Part shown: piece after piece, positions 50,745 to 57,437 of the stretch
Layout: each line of letters opens with the position of its first letter
Numbering within the stretch: position 1 is the stretch's first letter
From: an uncultured virus (IMG/VR IMGVR_UViG_3300044614_000614)
Lineage: Duplodnaviria; Heunggongvirae; Uroviricota; Caudoviricetes
Strand: one strand, 5' to 3'
DNA length: 64,000 nucleotides
IMG/VR virus record: IMGVR_UViG_3300044614_000614
Location: 1 to 64,000 of that record
Notes under the pieces: model-generated
What the model saw: only the letters and a program-made list of their open reading frames with translations
Told to the model about the DNA's origin: nothing
Database searches by the model: none
Program-made: the position numbers and the translations under genes

Positions 50745-50991
50745 ATTGATACCATATCTCTTAGCAACAGTACTAACAATGCTACTAAACTTTGAAGGAT
50801 ACAGAATATTGATTTCTGATTGATATGTGATGTTGTCTATTAGAATGTTCTCTATTGCGGCATCAAGTTCTTCTACAGTTGTATCTGACTTGATTAGAAT
50901 TTCATTTGCTAGACCAGAAGAACACTCAACGATACTGATAATCATTTCCTTACTCATTATGACGAAATTATAACACAAAAATGAAAGAATG

Positions 50992-51537
50992 TCAAGACTT
51001 CTGAGGATGACCCATTATGACTTTCTCATGAGAATGTGAGCCAATTTTTCTTCTATATCGTTCTTTATCTACGATACGAACTTTCTTTCCAAGAAGTTTC
51101 TCTGCTTCACTAGATGGAACGACAGGAGTTCCAATTTTTCGCATGATTGCTTCAGGTGCACCAGAGACTTCAGCCCATGATCTTTTCATCTTGTTATCTT
51201 CAGCAGCGGTCTTCATGAAATCGAGTTTGCCACGTTTGGTACCATCTGTACCAACTGCGATTGACTTTCTACCAAGTTGTTTCTTGTAAAGTGTTACCGC
51301 TGAAACTTTACCTTTTCTCACAACAACCTTCATTGCAGAGTTTGAGATATCATTATGTATCGACTTGGATTCATCTTCAGAACCAGATGGTATACCAGAA
51401 TATCCACCGATACCTGAATATGAATTTCTGAGAATGTCATGAATATCGTTTCGATACTGTTCTCTGTACTTCTCGTGTTCTGGATTGAGTCCAATTGAAA
51501 GTACGTGTTCTGTCATGAATTGTGAGAATGAAAGCAT
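50992..51537 (-). CDS. putative head-packaged protein
   Basis: MLSFSQFMTE; ATAAATA upstream. Confidence 0.65.
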   Translation of the reverse strand: MLSFSQFMTEHVLSIGLNPEHEKYREQYRNDIHDILRNSYSGIGGYSGIPSGSEDESKSIHNDISNSAMKVVVRKGKVSAVTLYKKQLGRKSIAVGTDGTKRGKLDFMKTAAEDNKMKRSWAEVSGAPEAIMRKIGTPVVPSSEAEKLLGKKVRIVDKERYRRKIGSHSHEKVIMGHPQKS

Positions 51538-51578
51538 AAGATAAACTCCTTTGATTTATTTATGCTCTTTCAAATGTT

Positions 51579-51653
51579 TGGAGGGGTAAACAGGAATTGA
51601 ACCTGTATTTGCGGATTTGCAGTCCGCTGCATAAGCCATTCTGCCATTACCCC
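51579..51653 (-). tRNA. tRNA-Cys(GCA)
   Basis: Cloverleaf, U73, CCA. Confidence 0.93.
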
Positions 51654-51685
51654 AATTTATAAATATTTATCAGAAAGGAAATTAC

Positions 51686-51952
51686 ATGCTCACATTCATG
51701 CAATTCGTACAGCTTCAAGAAGGTAAACTGAATTACACTAGAGTTAATTTGATAGATCATATCAAATCGAAAGGTTGGATTTCGGCAGGCAATAGCGGTG
51801 GAAATTCACCTCATGAAAAATTTATACATCCTGAATCCAAAATGCATTTATCGATACCAAGAAGCAGAACATTATCACCGGGTGTGATAAGCAGAACGCT
51901 CAAAGATGCTGTGAGACACGAAAAGGATGAAAACTTCAGAAAGGCTGCTTGA
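51686..51952 (+). CDS. hicA: HicA-family RNase with capsid-targeting-like N-terminus
   Basis: GW..G..HEKF.HP..IP..L.PG..LKDA; TATAAATA at 51658. Confidence 0.7.
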   Translation: MLTFMQFVQLQEGKLNYTRVNLIDHIKSKGWISAGNSGGNSPHEKFIHPESKMHLSIPRSRTLSPGVISRTLKDAVRHEKDENFRKAA

Positions 51953-51953
51953 T

Positions 51954-52027
51954 TGGCTGCTCATCATGGATTCGAACCACAATACCCTGAGTCAGAGTCA
52001 GGAGTCCTACCGTTAGACGAATGAGCA
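51954..52027 (-). tRNA. tRNA-Gln(CTG)
   Basis: Cloverleaf, CCA. Confidence 0.93.
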
Positions 52028-52032
52028 ACAAA

Positions 52033-52106
52033 TGGTACTGCCTAGTGGAATCGAACCACCGTATTGCGTTCCACAGACGCACGTTCTACCATTGAACTAA
52101 GACAGC
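52033..52106 (-). tRNA. tRNA-His(GTG), alphaproteobacterial type
   Basis: No encoded G-1; G1:U72, A73. Confidence 0.92.
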
Positions 52107-52115
52107 ATAATAAGT

Positions 52116-52242
52116 TGGAAACGATAGGAATCGAACCTATCAATACTCGCTTTCGCTATACAGTTATCGGCCGATTCCGTATAGTTACTCACTTTCTACA
52201 GCCACTTCCAGCAGCTTGCTGATGCCTTTCGCATTCGTTTCC
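52116..52242 (-). ncRNA. tRNA-like RNA (acceptor stem + T-arm, non-tRNA interior)
   Basis: GGAAACG/CGTTTCC; ATAGG-TTCGATT-CCTAT. Confidence 0.65.
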
Positions 52243-52248
52243 ATAAAT

Positions 52249-52325
52249 TGGTTGCGGGAGTGGGATTCGAACCGCACGATCTGCTGGTTATGAGCCAACC
52301 GAGATGACCGCTTCTCTATCCCGCA
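52249..52325 (-). tRNA. tRNA-Met(CAT), initiator-like
   Basis: GCGGG...CCCGCAACCA acceptor. Confidence 0.85.
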
Positions 52326-52329
52326 ATAT

Positions 52330-52413
52330 TAGCACTGCCAAGGGAATCGAACCCTTTACCTAGGACACTCCCGCTTGAAGGCAGGAAGGTGTATCCAACA
52401 CACTCCAGCAGTA
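52330..52413 (-). ncRNA. tRNA-like RNA with TCA in an irregular anticodon loop
   Basis: T-arm, long D-stem, CTTCAA loop, no CCA. Confidence 0.5.
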
Positions 52414-52419
52414 TCAAAT

Positions 52420-52494
52420 TGGCAGCGCATAAGGGAATTGAACCCTTCTCCCCGGATTGAAAGCCCAGTATTCTGACCACTAAACTAATGCGCC
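52420..52494 (-). tRNA. tRNA-Glu(TTC)
   Basis: Cloverleaf, CCA. Confidence 0.9.
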
Positions 52495-52500
52495 TTGAAT

Positions 52501-52584
52501 TGGAGGACTGGGTGGGACTCGAACCCACGGTGTTTGCATAGCGGATTAAAAGCCCGCGCCGTTCGCCACTACGGTAACCAGTCC
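52501..52584 (-). tRNA. tRNA-Lys(TTT), enlarged variable loop
   Basis: Cloverleaf, CCA. Confidence 0.85.
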
Positions 52585-52636
52585 GTTTGTTGTAGTGCAG
52601 CTACTTCTATGGGCTATATGCTATGCAAGCACGAAT

Positions 52637-52710
52637 TGGCTGGAAGACTAGGGATCGAACCTAGATTCGTGGTTTCAAAGACCACCGTCCTACCGTTAGA
52701 CGATCTTCCA
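52637..52710 (-). tRNA. tRNA-Gln(TTG)
   Basis: Cloverleaf, CCA. Confidence 0.93.
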
Positions 52711-52755
52711 ATAAACTAAATATCCTTGTCAATCACTCACATAATGGAGTATACT

Positions 52756-53040
52756 ATGGATATGTATCTAAGTCAAATCATTTATTTGCCCTTTTCTTGG
52801 GACACAACTGAAACTGTGCCTTGTCGTGGGCAAATTTTAGACATTCATCATTATCAAGCTTTATATTCTTTGCTTGGCACCCGTTGGGGTGGCGATGGGC
52901 AAAGTACATTCGCAATGCCTGACTTGCGCCCGTGGAATGATGTAGGCCCAGACTATGGTCATCGCACTCGTCGTGAGTGGCACGAAGATGAACTTGTACC
53001 ACATATGGCAATGAACGGGCTTTATCCTTCACACGGATAA
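52756..53040 (+). CDS. tail-collar domain protein
   Basis: CRGQIL..YQALYSLLGTRWGGDG..FAMPDLR; CTAAATA upstream. Confidence 0.8.
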   Translation: MDMYLSQIIYLPFSWDTTETVPCRGQILDIHHYQALYSLLGTRWGGDGQSTFAMPDLRPWNDVGPDYGHRTRREWHEDELVPHMAMNGLYPSHG

Positions 53041-53041
53041 T

Positions 53042-53116
53042 TGGTTGGCACAGAAGGTAACGATCCTTCCACCCCTGTCTTATCAGGACAGTGCTCTACC
53101 TCTGAGCTATGCGCCA
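53042..53116 (-). tRNA. tRNA-Ile(GAT)
   Basis: Cloverleaf, CCA. Confidence 0.9.
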
Positions 53117-53123
53117 ATGATTC

Positions 53124-53305
53124 GTTACACCTTACAGGTTTAGCCCTTTCGCGAACAGAGTCAGCAATCCTGTATTCGTAAGCTTTCCCTCATGTTGGGC
53201 TTACTAGGTCTCCCCTGACTTATCTAGAAAGTCGGGTAACTTTTATGTGGCGGCAATATTAACGACCTTTGCTCTTATAATCGGGACGGTCATGCGAGTG
53301 CCACA
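53124..53305 (-). ncRNA. two adjacent putative structured ncRNAs
   Basis: Closing stems GTTAC/GTAAC (53124-53240) and TGTGGC/GCCACA (53246-53305). Confidence 0.4.
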
Positions 53306-53310
53306 AAATT

Positions 53311-53393
53311 TGGTGGGCAGGTGCGGTTACGATCCACTCCCTTAAGGATGGGTTTTACAGACCCACTGCTAGAACCACTAGCTTTACCTACCC
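53311..53393 (-). tRNA. tRNA-Tyr(GTA)
   Basis: Cloverleaf, variable arm, CCA. Confidence 0.85.
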
Positions 53394-53399
53394 GTTATA

Positions 53400-53473
53400 T
53401 GGTGCCGCATGAGAGAATCGAACTCCCATCAGAGGATTACAAAGCCCCTGTACTGCCATTGTACTAATGCGGC
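53400..53473 (-). tRNA. tRNA-Thr(TGT)
   Basis: Cloverleaf, CCA. Confidence 0.9.
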
Positions 53474-53554
53474 GTTATTAAGTGTCGGCCTCACAGTTAT
53501 TCGGCCGACTGTCTGACATTCATGACGGATGTTAATGCGTAGTCAGATCATTGT

Positions 53555-53629
53555 TGGTGGAATGCTAGGGAATCGAACCCTATCGTCCGCCGTGCAAAGG
53601 CGGCATGCTCCCGTTATCATCAGCACCCC
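53555..53629 (-). tRNA. tRNA-Ala(TGC)
   Basis: G3:U70, CCA. Confidence 0.92.
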
Positions 53630-53634
53630 GTTAT

Positions 53635-53708
53635 TGGCACCAGTGCAAGGATTCGAACCCTGACAAGAGGTTTTGGAGACCGCTGTGCTACCGTTACACT
53701 ACACTGAT
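53635..53708 (-). tRNA. tRNA-Trp(CCA)
   Basis: Cloverleaf, G73, CCA. Confidence 0.9.
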
Positions 53709-53831
53709 TAGAATTAGTTGGAGTTTTTTAGAGAGTTCCCCATCCTCTATGCGTGACGATCACTCGTGTTACGGAGCCACATATCACGAATTGGCGAGGG
53801 TTCCTAAAGGAGTATACCCACAACTTATCAA

Positions 53832-53910
53832 TGGTCTGCGAGGAAGGATTCGAACCTTCGATCCCCTGACTCCAAATCAGGTAGGGACGGCCAGACTCCC
53901 CTACACGCAG
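53832..53910 (-). tRNA. tRNA-Pro(TGG)
   Basis: C1:G72, CCA. Confidence 0.92.
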
Positions 53911-53996
53911 TTGAATTGTGAATACCGTATGACTGACAGGATTTGTCTCCCTTTGTTTAGAGTCGTTATCTGCACGGTAATCAAGACAGAACGACT

Positions 53997-54605
53997 TTAG
54001 AATTTTCTACCTTTATTATAACCCAACTCAAGCCAAGAGTCAAGTTTTTCTTTCTTGATTTTTCTATTCTCTATTCCGTTTGTGATCCAACAAGTGCCAT
54101 ATTGCGAAGTTTCTTTGCCTTTCTTTAGGGACATTGCTTCACTGATCTTTTGCTTGTGATCTTCGGAAAGATTTTTGTTTTTCCATGTGTCATATTTCAC
54201 AAGTCCGGCATCATGACGATCTTTCAACATCTTAGATATATGAGGATTCTTACGACCTCTGAGACTTTTGGCAATCTTCTGCCCAATGACTGAATGATCT
54301 TTGCCGAGATTGTTTAGACCTGTTTTGTTGAGATAACCCCAACCGCCTTTACCACCTTCACAAAGATTGTAGTTGATTTCTGTATCAGGAACAACTAAGA
54401 TACTTTCCAACAGATTCATATGATCTTCATCTTTACAGATGTGTAGTATCTCTTTATGAAAGTTATCTACACCATATTTTTTGATGGCATATTTCAGTAG
54501 TTTGCCTGATCCAAGATAATCATCATTCAAATCTTTTGTTTGATGTTTGCCGATATAGAACTTGCCGTTCACAAGATTGGTTGTTTTGTAGATAGTATAG
54601 AACAT
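53997..54605 (-). CDS. Seg-like GIY-YIG homing endonuclease
   Basis: TIYKTTN..FYIGKH..YLGSG; NUMOD3-like SEDHKQKISEA. Confidence 0.88.
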   Translation of the reverse strand: MFYTIYKTTNLVNGKFYIGKHQTKDLNDDYLGSGKLLKYAIKKYGVDNFHKEILHICKDEDHMNLLESILVVPDTEINYNLCEGGKGGWGYLNKTGLNNLGKDHSVIGQKIAKSLRGRKNPHISKMLKDRHDAGLVKYDTWKNKNLSEDHKQKISEAMSLKKGKETSQYGTCWITNGIENRKIKKEKLDSWLELGYNKGRKF

Positions 54606-54612
54606 CAGGAAG

Positions 54613-54656
54613 CCTCAGGATACAATAGGGTTTACGATCTATTTAGTATCCTGAGG
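54613..54656 (-). promoter_or_regulatory. late promoter within an RBS-sequestering hairpin of the seg gene
   Basis: CCTCAGGATAC-TAAATA...GTATCCTGAGG. Confidence 0.7.
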
Positions 54657-54665
54657 ACTTCAATG

Positions 54666-54736
54666 CGACCTATGCGAGACTCAAACTCGCTACACCTCTT
54701 AGACAGAGAGGAGTGATATCCATTCACTAATAGGCC
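54666..54736 (-). tRNA. tRNA-Asp(GTC), CCA not encoded
   Basis: Cloverleaf, G73. Confidence 0.85.
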
Positions 54737-54742
54737 TTGAAT

Positions 54743-54817
54743 TGGAGAACCAGGTGAGAATTGAACTCACGACACGCGGGTTAAGAGGCCGCTACTCTAC
54801 CACTGAGTTACTGGTCC
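54743..54817 (-). tRNA. tRNA-Lys(CTT)
   Basis: Cloverleaf, CCA. Confidence 0.9.
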
Positions 54818-54823
54818 TTGAAT

Positions 54824-54899
54824 TGGCTGGATAGCTTGGATTCGAACCAAGGTCATCCTCGTTAACAGCGAGGCGCTCTACCGCTGGAGCTACTATCCA
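54824..54899 (-). tRNA. tRNA-Asn(GTT)
   Basis: Cloverleaf, CCA. Confidence 0.93.
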
Positions 54900-54901
54900 A
54901 T

Positions 54902-55041
54902 ATTCTACTTTCGTCAGTAGTCACATCATCATATGAGATTCGAACTCATGCCTGCGGATTTCGGCCGCCGTGCTTCCCCTACACCAATGAATGACTTGTC
55001 GCTGGTGGCCACCTGCTAGTGACTACTGACGAAAGTAGAAT
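54902..55041 (-). ncRNA. tRNA-like cloverleaf enclosed by a perfect 23-bp inverted repeat
   Basis: IR 54902-54924 / 55019-55041; D, GAA-loop and T arms inside. Confidence 0.7.
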
Positions 55042-55149
55042 GTGAGGCTGTGCTGAGTCACAGACCCTCACTGGATATTTCGCTACTCAGTGCGCCTTTG
55101 AGAAGAGCAAAGGTACTCATAGGAACTTAACAATGTCAATCAGCAGTAG

Positions 55150-55368
55150 TTACGTGCAAACATGCACGACAAAAAAACCTTTTACACCTTCGCTCTTCAG
55201 CTTGTTTATAAGCTGCTTCTTCGCTTCGGTATACGTGCCACGAATCCAGATTACGTCTTCCATAGACTTTGGATTTCGCGTTTCACTAAAAGCCCAACCG
55301 CCTATACCGCGGGGTTTGCGACCGTGAGCCAGTTCGAAGTCAGTCGTATCGAATTCGATCTTCAGCAT
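55150..55368 (-). CDS. hypothetical early protein
   Basis: HGRKPRGIGGWAF; GAGGAG RBS. Confidence 0.7.
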   Translation of the reverse strand: MLKIEFDTTDFELAHGRKPRGIGGWAFSETRNPKSMEDVIWIRGTYTEAKKQLINKLKSEGVKGFFVVHVCT

Positions 55369-55396
55369 TCAGCTTCTCCTCATCAGTTACAAAAAG

Positions 55397-55425
55397 AATA
55401 TATCACACTGATTCGGTCTTTGCAA
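55397..55425 (-). promoter_or_regulatory. sigma70-type early promoter
   Basis: TTGCAA-N17-TATATT. Confidence 0.65.
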
Positions 55426-55435
55426 GCACTTTTTT

Positions 55436-55471
55436 AAAAGAAAAACCCCGAAACTTTCGCTTCGGGGTTTT
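55436..55471 (-). terminator. intrinsic terminator of putative attenuator
   Basis: AAAACCCCGAAGCGAAAGTTTCGGGGTTTTTCTTTT. Confidence 0.85.
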
Positions 55472-55498
55472 AAAAACTAAGTCTTTACGATGACTTAA

Positions 55499-55579
55499 CT
55501 ACATAGAACCCCTCATCACACCTGCCCATGCTGGCTGGCGTGTCTCTTGATTAATCGTGAATGGGTAATAATGTTTCAT
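55499..55579 (-). CDS. putative attenuator leader peptide MKHYYPFTINQETRQPAWAGVMRGSM
   Basis: Manual translation; lies between promoters and terminator; last codons form the antiterminator arm. Confidence 0.65.
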   Translation of the reverse strand: MKHYYPFTINQETRQPAWAGVMRGSM

Positions 55580-55603
55580 TTTCGTCTTTCTTAAACTGTA
55601 TTC

Positions 55604-55644
55604 TATTTATACAACATCCTAGCAGGATTTTATTAGGTTGTCAA
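55604..55644 (-). promoter_or_regulatory. tandem sigma70-type and T4 late promoters for the leader
   Basis: TTGACA-N17-TAGGAT then TATAAATA (55611-55604). Confidence 0.7.
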
Positions 55645-55652
55645 CTTTTTTT

Positions 55653-55729
55653 TGGTGCGAAAGGTGGGACTCGAACCCACAGAACTCGGTTTTTGAGACC
55701 GATACGTATACCTATTCCGTCACTCTCGC
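55653..55729 (-). tRNA. tRNA-Leu(CAA), short variable loop
   Basis: Cloverleaf, CCA. Confidence 0.88.
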
Positions 55730-55905
55730 CCAGTATTGCCTGATTAGGCCTATGATAACAAGTGTAACAGCACCAATCATCAATGCACTATATGTGATAA
55801 CACCAGTGTTACTCAACAGCATATCTACAATCCACATGAAACCTACCCATGTAACACAGAAACATCCTCTATCAAACCATTCGTTCATTATATATCCTCA
55901 AAGGT

Positions 55906-55997
55906 TGGTCGGCGTGCTTGGATTCGAACCAAGTCAAGAACACTCATCTAGTGCTAAAGGGATTATAAGGCCCTCCCGTGTACCAACACCCACGCCG
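55906..55997 (-). tRNA. atypical tRNA-Ile(TAT) with long variable arm
   Basis: Loop CT-TAT-AA, minimal D-loop, CCA. Confidence 0.7.
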
Positions 55998-56156
55998 TTA
56001 TTTCTCTACGTATCGTTTTGTTTCATGACCACATTTAGAACAATGCAGCTTGCCGTCCCAGTCATCCCACAAAGAGGTTTCTTTATAGTGACCTTTTTCA
56101 CAAGACTTACAGCGTTTGCCGTCCATGTCAATGTGTGTCATCATCAACTCCGCATT

Positions 56157-56232
56157 TGGTGCGCCCGCTCAGATTCGAACTGAGGATCGGACGGTTATGA
56201 GCCGTCAGCATTAACCGCTATGCTACAGGCGC
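56157..56232 (-). tRNA. tRNA-CAT (likely Ile2)
   Basis: Cloverleaf, CCA. Confidence 0.88.
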
Positions 56233-56236
56233 GAAT

Positions 56237-56312
56237 TGGTGCCCCTTGACAGATTCGAACTGTCCCTTGAGCGATTTTAAGTCGCTTGCCTCTACCGCTG
56301 GGCTAAAGGGGC
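56237..56312 (-). tRNA. tRNA-Leu(TAA), short variable loop
   Basis: Cloverleaf, CCA. Confidence 0.88.
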
Positions 56313-56319
56313 GTATTGT

Positions 56320-56586
56320 TTAGTCCTTCATTGCGCCGAACATGAAGCCCTTGCGAGGATCACCCCACTCAGTCTCAGCACGAACACGAACATATCGTGC
56401 GCGAGTGTCGGCTGTATTAGGATTAGGCACAGTAACCCACGGGTTCTTACCCTTTAACCATGCCTTCTGCAAGAGTGTCCACTTATCAATAGCGGAACGT
56501 TCACGCTTGATAGCCTTTGACAGACTACGATTTGCTTCACGTTCACCCTTAGAGGTGTAAGCAGACTTAGACTTCGGTGCAGACAT
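56320..56586 (-). CDS. conserved hypothetical protein
   Basis: YTSKGER..AWLKGKN. Confidence 0.65.
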   Translation of the reverse strand: MSAPKSKSAYTSKGEREANRSLSKAIKRERSAIDKWTLLQKAWLKGKNPWVTVPNPNTADTRARYVRVRAETEWGDPRKGFMFGAMKD

Positions 56587-56608
56587 TTACTTTCTCCATT
56601 ACAAAAAT

Positions 56609-56691
56609 TGGCGACCACTGAGGGATTCGAACCCCCATTTTCAGCTCCAGTTACGTCTAGTCGGGTAGAAGCCGACCTCGGCTAAGTGGCC
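56609..56691 (-). tRNA. non-canonical tRNA-Arg(TCT) lacking a D-arm
   Basis: Same architecture as 50651-50744. Confidence 0.7.
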
Positions 56692-57437
56692 TTTTGAGTA
56701 TTTATTTATACAAATTCGTCAACAGGAAAACCCCTGATATATAGACCATCAAGAAATTTCTGACCTATCATGTGAGCATCATCGCTATTCACGAAGAACT
56801 GTTCCCAGATACAATCGTCATCTTCGAAACAATATAGCATGAACCCTGCGCGGTTGTCAACCATTTCAAAACTTACATCATACGACTTAACCATTGTTTA
56901 CATGCTCACCACAAAAATCATTCTTGTTCTTTTCAATAATCTTAGGATACCGAGTACACTTGCGATAGTTTATATGCCGATCATATTTGGCTTCCATAAG
57001 TTCAACTTCAAAACTAAGCATCATGAAGTCACCGAAGAACTTCTGCCAAAACGTCTTCTGTGACCAGATTTCATCAGCAGTCTTTGGCTTCTCAGCCTTA
57101 GGATATCTCTTGGCCCAGATACAGTTTTCACAACTAGAAGCAATCTTGCTCATGTCATTAACTCTCTCTTTTATGCACACATAATAGCATATCTGTTGCC
57201 ATCGTCAAGAGAATTCTGCATCAAATATGTCATTGATATCAATGAGAGATTTTGTGGTCATAAATCTTGGTGTCCAACCATCAAACGCACCACCCTTGTT
57301 CAGAAATTGAGTGTATTCTGAAGCTTCATCTTCAAAGAAAAACGCTTTGATGATCTGATCCGTATGAGTTTCATATACAAGCCAAGAATAGTCATTGTCA
57401 TCAAGTACAACTTCATAGTTCTTCATGTTTTCTCTCC

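Noticed and set aside
50709..50978. ORF overlapping the 5' part of tRNA-Arg(ACG)
   Set aside because: May be real but has no motif support; the second Arg tRNA shares the same fold, so the overlap does not explain the missing D-arm.
54902..55041. YrlA-type Y RNA
   Set aside because: Arm order is canonical (D, anticodon, T) rather than permuted, and no Ro60 gene is seen in the window.
52316..56183. ORF-track calls overlapping tRNAs (52316, 52495, 53605, 55638; also 44349, 46904)
   Set aside because: They are translations of tRNA genes or their antisense.
44340..56691. CRISPR array
   Set aside because: Recurrent sequences are tRNA T-arms and CCA ends, not identical repeats with spacers.
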